Of a DNA stretch of 64,000 nucleotides, positions 27,055 to 37,235 are shown one piece after another. The position numbers and the translations under genes are program-made. The notes beneath the pieces were generated by a model, which was given only the letters and a program-made list of their open reading frames with translations, made no database searches and had not been told where the DNA came from. Source of the DNA: Chitinophaga pinensis (GTDB lineage: Bacteria > Bacteroidota > Bacteroidia > Chitinophagales > Chitinophagaceae); contig CALRVH010000010.1 of NCBI GenBank assembly GCA_943371565.1, positions 23,940 through 87,939 of the forward strand, in the 5' to 3' direction. Position 1 is the stretch's first letter, and the number at the start of each line of letters is the position of its first letter.

Positions 27055-28302
27055 TTAACTTTTCTCTTCGCATATCTGCACCAGGTGCACCATTGTCTCC
27101 ACCGCTTTGTTCATATCCTGCACACTGATCCATTCTAATTTTGAATGGATAGCCTGTTCCCCTGCAAACAAATTAGGGCAAGGCAAACCCATAAAAGATA
27201 AGCGGCTTCCATCTGTACCGCCACGAATACTTTCCATTTTTAATACAAGGCCTGCCCTTGTAATAGCTTCCCGGGCAAAATCGACCACATGGGGATTTAT
27301 ATCCAGTACTTCTTTCATATTCCTGTATTGTTCGGTTACATGAAATTCAAATGATGCTTTGGGATAAGTCCGTAACCTTTCTTCAATCTGTGTTCTCAGG
27401 TAATCTTCTTTTTTTGCCAGGCCTTCTGTGTCAAAATCACGGATGATAAAATCAATAGTGCATTTTTCTGCAATCCCTTCCAACCTTACCGGGTGAATAA
27501 AACCTCTTTTCCCATCGGTTGATTCCGGAGATAGCCTGTCTTTGGGCAATGCCGCCAGGATTTCACCAGCAATCTTCATTGCATTGATCATTTTATCTTT
27601 TGCATATCCCGGATGTGCGATGACACCATGAATAATCACTTGCACACCGTCTGCACTAAAGGTCTCATCCTCTAAAGAACCAGCTTCTCCCCCATCTAAT
27701 GTATACCCAAAATCAGCTCCCAATTTTTTCATGTTAACATTTGCCACCCCTTTTCCAACTTCTTCATCGGGTGTAAAAAGAATTTTTATTTCTCCATGCT
27801 TCACCCCTTTATTAGTAAGTAAGAAGTTTGCCAGATCCATTATCTCTGCTACACCTGCTTTATCATCAGATCCTAATAATGTAGTTCCTGAAGCAGTGAT
27901 GATATCATTACCAATTTGTGTTTTCAGATATGGATACTCACTAAGTCGCAGCACCTGGGATTTATCATCGGGTAAAACAATATCCTGACCCTGGTAATTT
28001 TGATGTAAAATGGGCTTCACTCCTTTTCCGCTGCAATCTGGTGCCGTATCCACATGGGCGCAAAAACAAATCACCGGTACTTTTTTATCTGTTGTAGATG
28101 GAATCGTTGCATATACATAACCCCACTCATCCATATGAGCATCTGCTATGCCCATTTGCTTTAATTCGTCTGCCAATATTTTACTCAGATCTTTCTGCTT
28201 TTGGGTAGTAGGAAAGGTCAAAGATTGCGGGTCGCTTTGTGTATCAATTTGTACATACCGCTGAAATCGTTCTGCCGCAGTAAATTTGTAATTTTCAAAC
28301 AT
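27055..28302 (-). CDS. pepT: Peptidase T (tripeptide aminopeptidase, M20B)
   Basis: M20 metal ligand blocks (CAHVDTAPD, LGSDDKAG, FTPDEEVG). Length is 415 aa. Confidence 0.9.
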   Translation of the reverse strand: MFENYKFTAAERFQRYVQIDTQSDPQSLTFPTTQKQKDLSKILADELKQMGIADAHMDEWGYVYATIPSTTDKKVPVICFCAHVDTAPDCSGKGVKPILHQNYQGQDIVLPDDKSQVLRLSEYPYLKTQIGNDIITASGTTLLGSDDKAGVAEIMDLANFLLTNKGVKHGEIKILFTPDEEVGKGVANVNMKKLGADFGYTLDGGEAGSLEDETFSADGVQVIIHGVIAHPGYAKDKMINAMKIAGEILAALPKDRLSPESTDGKRGFIHPVRLEGIAEKCTIDFIIRDFDTEGLAKKEDYLRTQIEERLRTYPKASFEFHVTEQYRNMKEVLDINPHVVDFAREAITRAGLVLKMESIRGGTDGSRLSFMGLPCPNLFAGEQAIHSKLEWISVQDMNKAVETMVHLVQICEEKS

Positions 28303-28333
28303 ATTTTTCTTTTTGGGGTATCGAATATACGCT

Positions 28334-28365
28334 AAAAAAAATGGCTTAAGGGGAAACCTTAAACC
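28334..28365 (-). terminator. Rho-independent terminator of the FKBP gene
   Basis: Stem ggcttaagg (28343-28351) pairs with ccttaaacc (28357-28365), 9 bp with 1 mismatch, loop ggaaa. On the minus strand a T8 run follows (A8 at 28334-28341). Confidence 0.7.
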
Positions 28366-28391
28366 ATTAAATCGTTAAGAGTTTAGCCTTA

Positions 28392-28847
28392 TCAGGGCAT
28401 TATGATCAATGGACCAGCACCAACTATCTCTACCAGCTCCAGGTCAAAGATTAAATCCTGTCCTGCCAGTGGATGATTAGCATCGAGCATCACAACGGCA
28501 TCTTTGATCTCCACCACTGTTACCTGGAATTGATGCCCTTCCTGGTCACTCATTCCCAATGGCATACCTATTTCTATTTCCATGTCTTTTGGAAACCGGT
28601 CTTTTGGCATTTCGATTACCATTTCCGGGTTTCTCGGTCCGTATGCTTCATCATAAGGAATATTGACCGTTTTCTTTTCACCAACTGCCATACCTGTAAC
28701 ACCTTCATCAAAGCCCTTGATTACTTGTCCGCTACCTACTTCAAATTCCAGCGGCTCACGGCCTGCTGATGAATCGAAAGTTTCTCCGGAAGTTAATTTG
28801 CCATGATAGTGTACTTTAATTTTATCGCCGCTTTTTACCTGGGACAT
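28392..28847 (-). CDS. FKBP-type peptidyl-prolyl isomerase (SlyD-like)
   Basis: VHYHGKL..GETFDSS ... FEVG.GQVIKGFDEG with an insert-in-flap region. The start is at the ATG at 28847 (MSQVKSGDKIKV). Confidence 0.85.
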   Translation of the reverse strand: MSQVKSGDKIKVHYHGKLTSGETFDSSAGREPLEFEVGSGQVIKGFDEGVTGMAVGEKKTVNIPYDEAYGPRNPEMVIEMPKDRFPKDMEIEIGMPLGMSDQEGHQFQVTVVEIKDAVVMLDANHPLAGQDLIFDLELVEIVGAGPLIIMP

Positions 28848-28993
28848 ATTTATTTGTTTTAAATGATTGATTTTTCCTAAAAACCGGGTTGCAAGGTAGG
28901 CCAAAACAGGCAACGCAACCGTTTAAATATTTAGCACTGTCTGAGTAGATATTTTCAGTATTTTGACACCCTAAGCAGTTTAAAACGTTTGAT

Positions 28994-30271
28994 ATGAAAT
29001 TACTCCAGCCATTTCTTCCGGTCTTATTTGCAGCCGCTATTTTTTCGGCACCTACAACAACGGCTCAATCTGTGGCTGCGGAACAATCAAAAGTAATAGC
29101 CGGGGCCGAAAGAATAAATGTATATATGCCACTGATCAAAGGAAGAACCATTGGCATTTTTGCCAACCAGACTTCGATGGTAGGCAATACACACCTGGTG
29201 GATACGCTTATGAAACTTGGTGTTGACATTAAGGTAATATTTGGACCGGAGCATGGTTTTCGTGGCACTGCCGATGCCGGTGAAAAAGTTGGCAATTATA
29301 TTGATGAAAAAACAGGCATCCCGGTAGTATCCCTGTATGGAAGTAAGAGAAGGCCTTCTGCAGAGGATGTAAAAGATGTCGACCTGCTCATTTTTGATAT
29401 ACAGGATGTAGGAGTTCGTTTCTACACATTCATTTCTTCGCTGGAAGAATTCATGGAAGGTGCTTTTGAATTAGGCAAACCATTGATGATCCTCGACCGG
29501 CCCAATCCCAATGGTCATTATGTAGATGGACCTGTGCTGGATATAAAATACAGATCCTTTGTGGGCCGACAACCCATTCCGATTGTATACGGAATGACGA
29601 TGGCTGAATATGCCATGATGATTGCCGGGGAAAAATGGTTAAGTGAAAAATCCAACGCAAAATATGCTTATTACAAAACTGCTGAAAATTCAGCAGACAC
29701 ACCTTTCCATTTCCAGGTGATCAAATGCAAAGGTTATGACCACAAAACAAAATATGTGTTGCCCGTAAAACCTTCGCCCAATCTTCCCAATATTCAATCC
29801 ATTTATTTATATCCGTCAACCTGTTTTTTTGAAGGAACAGTTTTAAGCGAAGGAAGGGGAACTAATAAACAATTCCAGGTATTTGGTCATCCATCATTGC
29901 CAAAAAACCTCTACTCCTTCACTCCTAACCCCAACGAAGGGGCCAAAAACTCTAAATTATTCGGTCAACTTTGTTATGGCTGGGATTTATCGGGCACACC
30001 AGAAGAGGTACTGGCCAAAGTGGATAATAAAGTACAATTGAAATGGCTTATCGAAGCCTATAAATTATTTCCTGAAAAAGATAAATTTTTCCTGCTACCC
30101 AAATCTGGCAAGATGGAAGAATCCTTTTTCGATAAACTGGCCGGCAATAATGACTTATGGCAGCAGGTAAAAGAGGGAAAAAGCGAACAGGAAATCAGAA
30201 AAAGCTGGGAACCTAAATTAAGTGAGTTTAAAAAAATACGTAAGAAGTATTTGCTGTACGATGATTTTTAA
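28994..30271 (+). CDS. DUF1343 family protein (NamZ-like exo-beta-N-acetylmuramidase)
   Basis: Signal peptide plus the DUF1343 pattern (IGIFANQTS ... FGPEHGFRG ... LIFDIQDVGVRFYT). Confidence 0.8.
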   Translation: MKLLQPFLPVLFAAAIFSAPTTTAQSVAAEQSKVIAGAERINVYMPLIKGRTIGIFANQTSMVGNTHLVDTLMKLGVDIKVIFGPEHGFRGTADAGEKVGNYIDEKTGIPVVSLYGSKRRPSAEDVKDVDLLIFDIQDVGVRFYTFISSLEEFMEGAFELGKPLMILDRPNPNGHYVDGPVLDIKYRSFVGRQPIPIVYGMTMAEYAMMIAGEKWLSEKSNAKYAYYKTAENSADTPFHFQVIKCKGYDHKTKYVLPVKPSPNLPNIQSIYLYPSTCFFEGTVLSEGRGTNKQFQVFGHPSLPKNLYSFTPNPNEGAKNSKLFGQLCYGWDLSGTPEEVLAKVDNKVQLKWLIEAYKLFPEKDKFFLLPKSGKMEESFFDKLAGNNDLWQQVKEGKSEQEIRKSWEPKLSEFKKIRKKYLLYDDF

Positions 30272-30275
30272 ATGC

Positions 30276-30890
30276 TCATATCAGTTGAAGTTGTGTTGCT
30301 ATGCGGACAAGGGAAGCCGTATTTTTCGCTTCCAGTTTTGCCAATAAATTTTTACGATGCGTATCTACTGTAGCCGGGCTGATAAACAGTTTCTGTGCAA
30401 TTACGTTATTGGTCAAGCCTTCCGCAATCAATTCCAGTACTTCTTTTTCCCTGCGGGTAAGGATAACACTGGCTGATTCACTTTTTTGTAACGTTTTAGA
30501 AGCTTCATCGCTAAAATAAGTTTTTCCCTTAGCCGCTGTTTCAATAGCCTCCATTAATTCTTCCTGCGAAGCATTCTTCAACACATACCCGGAAGCTCCG
30601 CTATCCATCATTTTTTGAATAAAACTCAGCTGGTTGAATGTGCTTAACCCAATAATAAAAACAGAAGGATATTTCTGCTTTACCTCCTTACATAAATCTA
30701 TCCCGTTTATATCAGGCAAGTTGATGTCCATTAAAATAACATCCGGTTGTTCCTGTCGCAAAAATGCAAGACAAGAAGCGGCATTTGTTGCATGCCCTGT
30801 CCATTCGATACTCCTTTCATTTTGCAACAAAGAACGGATGCCTTCAATTACCATGTAATGGTCATCAACGATAAAAACTTTTATTTTCAT
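30276..30890 (-). CDS. NarL/LuxR-family response regulator
   Basis: Receiver domain (VDDH ... DVILMDINLPD) plus a LuxR HTH (LTRREKEVLELIAEGLTNNVIAQKLFISPATVDTHRKNL). It abuts the kinase gene with a 0-bp gap. Confidence 0.9.
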   Translation of the reverse strand: MKIKVFIVDDHYMVIEGIRSLLQNERSIEWTGHATNAASCLAFLRQEQPDVILMDINLPDINGIDLCKEVKQKYPSVFIIGLSTFNQLSFIQKMMDSGASGYVLKNASQEELMEAIETAAKGKTYFSDEASKTLQKSESASVILTRREKEVLELIAEGLTNNVIAQKLFISPATVDTHRKNLLAKLEAKNTASLVRIATQLQLI

Positions 30891-32837
30891 CTAAGCAGTT
30901 AATTCAATATGAACTGAAGTTCCCTTTCCCGGTTCGGACTGTACATCTAATTTACCTTTTAAATATTCAATCCGACTCTGGATATTGCTCCACCCCATTC
31001 CCTTTGTCCCTTGTAAAATTGCCGGGTTAAACCCTTTCCCATCATCTTCAACTGTAATATTAATTCCACTACCTTCTTTACTCACTTGTACTATAGCAGT
31101 TTTAGCGGCAGCATGTTTCATTGTATTGTTTATCAATTCCTGAACAATCCGATAAATGGCAATACTGGTGGATTGCTCTATAACAGCATTCTCCATTCCA
31201 ATGGACTGGTAACTGACCTGCAGGGCTCCTGATTGATTGATATCATTACAAAAGTCATTCAAGGCCGTATCTAATCCAAATTTCACAAGGGCTTCCGGCA
31301 TCATATTATGTGCCACCCGTCGCATTTCCTTGATAGAACTGTCCAGCATATCCATACTGCGTTCAAATGCCTGCTGATTGTCAGGCGTCATTACCAGGTT
31401 TCCTTTCATGGTTTGAAATGAATATTTAATGCCTGACAACATTCCTCCTAATCCGTCATGCAGGTCTTTTGCCAGGCGGGTTCTTTCCTGCTCCTCTCCT
31501 TGTAAAACTGCTTCGGCGGCAGCTAAATGTTTTTCAGTTTCCAATTCGCTGATACGTTGTTGCTGTAATTTTCTTTTTTGCCGGTAATTGCGGTAACTTA
31601 ATAATGAAACAAGAAGCAATGTGGCAGCACTGCCAATGAGAATATAATTGAATGTGCTTTTTCGTTGAATCTCTACTTTCTGCAATTTGATTTGAGTATC
31701 TTTTTTTTCAGTCTCGTATTTTTTTTCCAGATCAGCCGTACTCTTTAATACCTTTTCATTCAAAAAAGTATCACTAATTGAGTCAGCTTTCTGTTTTGCC
31801 ATGATGGAAGTAGCATAATCTCCATCCCTTGCAGCAATATAAGAAAGTACGGAATAGCTGTTTTTGAGTTCATCCCGTAAAGAATCCTGTATGGCTATGG
31901 CGAGTGCTTCGTTAATATTTTTTTTTGCCTCCGCATTATTTCCATTGAAAAACTGTGCATAGGCTATATTATACAAAGAACTGGCAAGCATTTGCCTGCT
32001 TTGTAACTCCCGGGATAGCAAAAGGGATTTTTGAGCAGCACTGAGCATATCGGCAAACCTGTTCATGCCAGCAAGCAGATTGCATTTGTATCCATATATC
32101 GCCCCTTCGGCATACTTATCATTCAGTCGTACTGATTCTTTAATGGCTACATCATAATAATACAATGCACTATCCTTCATACGGAGACCGTCATAACACT
32201 GCGCTAATGTTGCATAAGCCCGGTTGACATAATCATTTCGCAAGTTGAGTTTTGACCAGAGGTAAATCGAATAACCGGCTGCCTCTATCCCTTTTCTATA
32301 CTGACCGAGATTGTGATAAGAGTTTGACAAGTTGTGGTATATACCGGACAACTTTGTTGAGTCCTTTATTTTTTCGATAATTGTCATTACCTGCAATGTA
32401 TAATTCAACTGGTCGGCAAAATTTCCAAAATAGCCTTGTATGATCCCCATGTTATTCAACATGGCAATCACCTTGGATGAATCTTTTAATTTCCTTGCCA
32501 ACGTCAGCCCTTCTACAGACGTCTTCATGGCTGCATCATAATTCCCTTTTGTAAACGAAAGCACTGCACTCTGCTGATAATAATAGTACATCCCCTTGTC
32601 GAATTGCAAAGACTCCGACAAAGCTTTTCCCTTTTGCAGGTAATAAAATGAAGAATCCTGGTTATTCGTCTCATACCAGCTACCCAGCGTTAGTAGAATC
32701 ATAGCTTTACCTGTATCCTCTTTTGCTGTTACAAGTAATTTTAATAAACTGTCTACTTTTTGAGCCTGGTCAGTCCGTTGTGCTACGGCGACAACAGAAA
32801 AACAAGACACTGCCAGTATAAAAAAAAGTTTCCTCAT
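30891..32837 (-). CDS. TPR-repeat sensor histidine kinase (HisKA_3 type)
   Basis: ATG at 32837 gives a signal peptide (MRKLFFILAVSCFSVVAVAQ). This is followed by about 380 aa of TPR-like repeats, one TM helix (YILIGSAATLLLVSLL), the H-box LAKDLHDGLGGMLSGI and an HATPase_c domain. Confidence 0.85.
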   Translation of the reverse strand: MRKLFFILAVSCFSVVAVAQRTDQAQKVDSLLKLLVTAKEDTGKAMILLTLGSWYETNNQDSSFYYLQKGKALSESLQFDKGMYYYYQQSAVLSFTKGNYDAAMKTSVEGLTLARKLKDSSKVIAMLNNMGIIQGYFGNFADQLNYTLQVMTIIEKIKDSTKLSGIYHNLSNSYHNLGQYRKGIEAAGYSIYLWSKLNLRNDYVNRAYATLAQCYDGLRMKDSALYYYDVAIKESVRLNDKYAEGAIYGYKCNLLAGMNRFADMLSAAQKSLLLSRELQSRQMLASSLYNIAYAQFFNGNNAEAKKNINEALAIAIQDSLRDELKNSYSVLSYIAARDGDYATSIMAKQKADSISDTFLNEKVLKSTADLEKKYETEKKDTQIKLQKVEIQRKSTFNYILIGSAATLLLVSLLSYRNYRQKRKLQQQRISELETEKHLAAAEAVLQGEEQERTRLAKDLHDGLGGMLSGIKYSFQTMKGNLVMTPDNQQAFERSMDMLDSSIKEMRRVAHNMMPEALVKFGLDTALNDFCNDINQSGALQVSYQSIGMENAVIEQSTSIAIYRIVQELINNTMKHAAAKTAIVQVSKEGSGINITVEDDGKGFNPAILQGTKGMGWSNIQSRIEYLKGKLDVQSEPGKGTSVHIELTA

Positions 32838-32965
32838 AGCTTCAAAATAAGCCTTTACTTGTGCATTACAAAGTAACAGCCGCTTTTTACAGGCACACTC
32901 CCCTTTTTCCATGATTTTTTATAACATAATAAAAATCCTGTTTTTCAGGGATAGGTTTTCATTTC

Positions 32966-32984
32966 ATCAAATAGCATATTTGAT
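32966..32984. promoter_or_regulatory. Perfect 8-3-8 palindrome in the divergent control region (candidate operator)
   Basis: atcaaata-gca-tatttgat lies 18 nt upstream of the gene A start codon, inside the 164-bp kinase/gene A intergenic region. Confidence 0.3.
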
Positions 32985-33001
32985 AAAGCAAATTCATTTG
33001 T

Positions 33002-35590
33002 ATGAAAATTTATTTAATATCCGCTTTACTCTTTGTATCTGCTGTTGCATATTCACAACCCGTTAAGAAACCTGTACCGCAAAAAGAACCCACCACTTCT
33101 CAGCCTGATATGAATAAGCTGATGGAAGAAGCCATGAAGGGTATGAGCAAAGAAGAACAGGAAGAAATGAAAAAGCTGATGAAAGATATAATGCCAGCTT
33201 TGGAACAACATAACAAAACAGTAGCAGACTATCCGGAATTTACCACTAACAGCCAGCTAATACCCAAAAAAGACCCGGTACGAATAGCTACTATGTCTAA
33301 AAAAGCGCTGACCAAAACAGAAATAGCGGGTTATGCCAATGGGCTTTATAATAAAATGATGCTAAAGAGTGATCCGGCTGAAATAGCCATTGTTAAAAAG
33401 GTAATAGCTCAAACACCAAAAGCTTCCGATATAGGAAGCGCTGCTGTGCTGACGATGCTGCAAGGCCATCCCCAGGCAGCACTTGCATTAAGTATAAAAG
33501 CTGCGGCACTGGATCCGGCCAATCTTAACTGGCAAAACAATATGGCGGCTTTACTCACCAGCTATGGTTATCCTCAACAAGCCTTGCCTTTATTGAAAAA
33601 ACTACAAGAAGACCTTCCGCTGAACAGTACAATAATGAATAACATCGGGCAGGCTTGGCTCGGTCTCGGTGAACTTGACAGTGCCAAACGTTTTTTCTCA
33701 TTTGCATCCCGTATTAACCCCTATCACCCTGAAGCTAAGCTTTGCGGTGGTCTGATAGAGGAACTACAGGGAGACCCGGTAAAAGCGGAAGATTATTACA
33801 AAGAGGCGCTGGAAAATACTCCCAATCCTTTTACCGAACAGGTACTAAAGAACCATAACAAAAATTATAAGCTACAGGACCTCGATTTTGAAAAAATCAA
33901 AAAATTGATTGCCATCTATGAATACTTCCCCAAAAACTGGATGCCCGAACCACCTAAATTATCAAACAATGTTAAACATTACAATGAGGACTATGCCACC
34001 AAAAAGGCCTATGCTAAAATGGTTGACAACTTCAAAAACAAAATAGATGTAATGACCGATGAGCTGGACCAGGAGCTACAGGAGACAGTTAATAAAGGAG
34101 AAGAAACCTTTATTAAAGAAATGGCTACTGAAACTATAAAGGGTTTAAGCTTTATAAGCAAATCTGCCACCATCGTACTCGGCGTATTAGGTGCCTACCA
34201 GCTTAAGTGGCAACAAGATCATGCGGAAGAGATTAAGAAAATGCTGGCCTGGAAAGAACAGTTACGAATAGATAAACAACAAAAAATTGATGCCATCTAT
34301 AAGACAATAAGTGATAGCAAAGGCACCCGTTGCGAAACATTCAAAAGCCAGCTGGATGGTCTGGAGAATGATTATATGAGAGCAGTGAACACCCGATTCC
34401 GGGATTACCTCACTAAAAAAATAGAAGAATTCAGACAATGGCTGAATGCCTGGTGTACCTGGAACTGGTATGTGGCGGGTAATGTAAAAAATAATATCCT
34501 GTTGCAGGATGTTGGATTCACCGGATACCTGGCTGAACTCTATGGCAGCATTACAGATGCTATGGAAACCCGCACAGAACATTGTAGCCCGCGGACATAT
34601 GAAGTGAAGAAGGAATTCGTTGAGCCGGAGGTGCCCAACTTTACCTGCCCGGCAGTTGTAAGTATTCCTGCAGGACCCGAATGGCAGCAATTAGTAGCCG
34701 GAGCAAAAGATTTTGACAAAAATGGTTATGGCATCAAAAAAACAGACAAGCCAGTTCCCAATGTAACAGTTGCGACTGGTTCCGGTAAAATGGTGGCCCA
34801 GCCGGGAATCAGCCCTTCTTACAAAACAGCTAATGGTGGCATAACCCCAGGAAGTGCTGATGTGGAAGCCGCCATAGACAAAGGCTTACTGGCGGCGCTT
34901 CGGAGAGTAAATGGCAACCCCAACCCTTCAGATGGACAAGTAACCGATGCCATAGACAAAGGATTATCTGATGCCATGAAAAGAATGCAGGAAAAACGGA
35001 AGCAAGGTGTTCTGGGTGATGATGATGAGCTGGTTCCTCTCCCCAATATTCCCAGGGATGAACTTACCCCACTCGATCCAAAATTGCTCAATAAATATAA
35101 ATTATTCAAAGAACTGATGAATAAGATGCTTACTGCAGACTGTAAGAATGTAAAAACCCCCAAAGAAAACCTGAAAGAACAATTGGACAAGATGATGAAA
35201 AAAGTGAAGGAACTGGAAGCATATGAAAATGTGATAGAACAGATCAAAGAACTGGAAAGACAAATTGAACAAAAAGAAGCTGACGAAACGAAAAAGGAAG
35301 AGTTCAGAAAGAAAATTGAAGCATTCCAAAAAAATGTTGATGCGCTGGACGTTTATGAACAAATGAATGAGTTTCTTAAAAAAGCAGAACAATTCAGTAA
35401 GGAAATGGATGCGATGGACGACAAAAAAGCATTTAGAGATAATACACAAAAAATTATGAAGATGGTGGAGGAAATGGAAAATACTTCTACCAACCTGAAA
35501 GATATTCAGCAGAATGGGCTGCAGCCTTCTATTAGCAGTGGTTTGCAGGCACCGGGCACTTTTACACCCAACAAAACACTCTTTCAGTAA
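33002..35590 (+). CDS. Exported TPR + coiled-coil protein, function unknown (locus gene A)
   Basis: Signal peptide (..SAVAYS/Q). TPR-like helices span about aa 140-280, and the K/E-rich heptad-like C-terminal region is about 170 aa. The exact 14-nt repeat gccatagacaaagg at 34871 and 34949 encodes a duplicated AIDKGL motif. No family recognised. Confidence 0.7.
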   Translation: MKIYLISALLFVSAVAYSQPVKKPVPQKEPTTSQPDMNKLMEEAMKGMSKEEQEEMKKLMKDIMPALEQHNKTVADYPEFTTNSQLIPKKDPVRIATMSKKALTKTEIAGYANGLYNKMMLKSDPAEIAIVKKVIAQTPKASDIGSAAVLTMLQGHPQAALALSIKAAALDPANLNWQNNMAALLTSYGYPQQALPLLKKLQEDLPLNSTIMNNIGQAWLGLGELDSAKRFFSFASRINPYHPEAKLCGGLIEELQGDPVKAEDYYKEALENTPNPFTEQVLKNHNKNYKLQDLDFEKIKKLIAIYEYFPKNWMPEPPKLSNNVKHYNEDYATKKAYAKMVDNFKNKIDVMTDELDQELQETVNKGEETFIKEMATETIKGLSFISKSATIVLGVLGAYQLKWQQDHAEEIKKMLAWKEQLRIDKQQKIDAIYKTISDSKGTRCETFKSQLDGLENDYMRAVNTRFRDYLTKKIEEFRQWLNAWCTWNWYVAGNVKNNILLQDVGFTGYLAELYGSITDAMETRTEHCSPRTYEVKKEFVEPEVPNFTCPAVVSIPAGPEWQQLVAGAKDFDKNGYGIKKTDKPVPNVTVATGSGKMVAQPGISPSYKTANGGITPGSADVEAAIDKGLLAALRRVNGNPNPSDGQVTDAIDKGLSDAMKRMQEKRKQGVLGDDDELVPLPNIPRDELTPLDPKLLNKYKLFKELMNKMLTADCKNVKTPKENLKEQLDKMMKKVKELEAYENVIEQIKELERQIEQKEADETKKEEFRKKIEAFQKNVDALDVYEQMNEFLKKAEQFSKEMDAMDDKKAFRDNTQKIMKMVEEMENTSTNLKDIQQNGLQPSISSGLQAPGTFTPNKTLFQ

Positions 35591-35611
35591 TACGATAAAA
35601 TATAATTCTCT

Positions 35612-37183
35612 ATGAAGAATAAAACAAATAAAATGAAAAGTATAAAATTCAGGCCCGTTATTGTATTGTTGCTGTTTAGTGCCTTTTCGCTGACAATGCA
35701 GGCACAGATACTGAATAAAATAAAACGCAAGGTTGAGAATACAGTAACCAAACCTTCAGATAAGCCAGCGGAGAACAAAGAACAAACCAGTACAAATGAT
35801 ACCAAGGAGGTAAATAACACTCCCCCAACAACCGACAATACAAAAACAGGGTCGGTAAAACCAACTGAAGAAAACAAAATCACCGGGGAGTCTGATTTCA
35901 TTCCCGGTTCTACCGTACTTTACTTTGATAATTTTATAAATGAACGTACCGGTGATAGTCCGGCCGGATGGCTTACTACCCGTTCTGCAGAAGTAGTTGG
36001 CCTTGATGGTTTGAAAGGGAAATGGCTAAAACTGGCATCGGTCAGTTCAAATCATATTACCCGTAATAAGAAGCAAAGCTGGGGCAACAGTTTTACAGTG
36101 GAGTTCGACCTCCTGATTATAAAGAAAGATTATGACCCGAGAATAGATTTTGCCCTTATCAATACCGGTGGCAGCCTGGTAACAGACGAAATGATATTAA
36201 GAAACGGCAAGAACATGGTGTATGTAAGTACCATACTGGGAAATGAAGGTAAAACGGCCCGGGTTTCACTTTATAACAATAACAATATTAACAAACCGGT
36301 AGCAGATAAAATGTCCGAGCAACTTGCCTACAGCAATACTATTCCTGTTCATGTGAGTATGTGTGTACAAGGAAAAAGGTTTCGGTTCTGGTGGGATGAT
36401 AAAAAAATCTTTGACATGGAAACGGTCAATGAGCAATACATGCCCAACCAACTTGGAATCAATTTTGGAAGTGTGGGTGGTTCTGAATATTATATTACCA
36501 ATATCAGGATAGCTAAAGATATACCCGCTACCCGTCCAGCCACTCCGGCTGCGGATAAGAGTACCGATCAGGTTGAGAATACTGTCCCGGCAAAAACGGA
36601 CGGCAAAATAAATGCATCAGCAGAAGGTCCTGCAACAGTGAATCTTCAAAGTAAAATACTTACTACCAGCCTGCCCTATGCCCAGATCATGAAAACAGGA
36701 GAATTCACTTACACTTTTATTGCCACAAAGGAAGAAGGCAACAATAAGGAAAACTATTTAAAAATCAAATTAGAAACCGGTAATACAACGCTCAAAGCGG
36801 AAACATTCAATTTCAAAGAGATCAACAAAAAAAATCCGCTGTACGGGACAAAAAAATATCCAGAGATATCCGCTACTGAAGCAGTATTATATTATGGAGC
36901 TACAAAAAAACCTTACATCTATAAATTCTCCCCGATCATTGCGAACGGAACAATGGCTTCGTATGTTGACGAATCTCTGGCCAGAAATTTACCGGCAGTA
37001 TCACCCAACAGCAAGTTCGTAATAGAAAAAATAGAGAATGGGAAAGCTAGCGGTTATTTCATTATGGGTATCATGATACAGGGTTTAAAACCGGTTACAA
37101 AAGGAGATGCCATGACAGAAACATTCACTGATGGCTTTTCGGGTGAACTAAAATGTACTTTTTCCAATGTGCCTGTCTATTAA
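35612..37183 (+). CDS. Exported protein with jelly-roll-like module shared with gene C (locus gene B)
   Basis: Signal peptide (..SLTMQAQ), a T/N/P-rich linker, then a module at 35897-36520 (YFDNF..SPAGW..GKWLKL..FTVEFDL..YITNIRIAK). The C-terminal ~190 aa are unassigned. Confidence 0.7.
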   Translation: MKNKTNKMKSIKFRPVIVLLLFSAFSLTMQAQILNKIKRKVENTVTKPSDKPAENKEQTSTNDTKEVNNTPPTTDNTKTGSVKPTEENKITGESDFIPGSTVLYFDNFINERTGDSPAGWLTTRSAEVVGLDGLKGKWLKLASVSSNHITRNKKQSWGNSFTVEFDLLIIKKDYDPRIDFALINTGGSLVTDEMILRNGKNMVYVSTILGNEGKTARVSLYNNNNINKPVADKMSEQLAYSNTIPVHVSMCVQGKRFRFWWDDKKIFDMETVNEQYMPNQLGINFGSVGGSEYYITNIRIAKDIPATRPATPAADKSTDQVENTVPAKTDGKINASAEGPATVNLQSKILTTSLPYAQIMKTGEFTYTFIATKEEGNNKENYLKIKLETGNTTLKAETFNFKEINKKNPLYGTKKYPEISATEAVLYYGATKKPYIYKFSPIIANGTMASYVDESLARNLPAVSPNSKFVIEKIENGKASGYFIMGIMIQGLKPVTKGDAMTETFTDGFSGELKCTFSNVPVY

Positions 37184-37235
37184 TTCCGGCAGGCAAATTA
37201 ACTCCCAAAGGCTGAAAGAAACTTTAAATAAAAAT

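Noticed and set aside
35584-35901. A 105-aa membrane-like ORF antisense to the gene A/B junction.
   Set aside because: It lies opposite the low-complexity T/N/K-rich start of gene B and the end of gene A. It is a typical shadow ORF of AT-rich coding sequence and has no independent signals.
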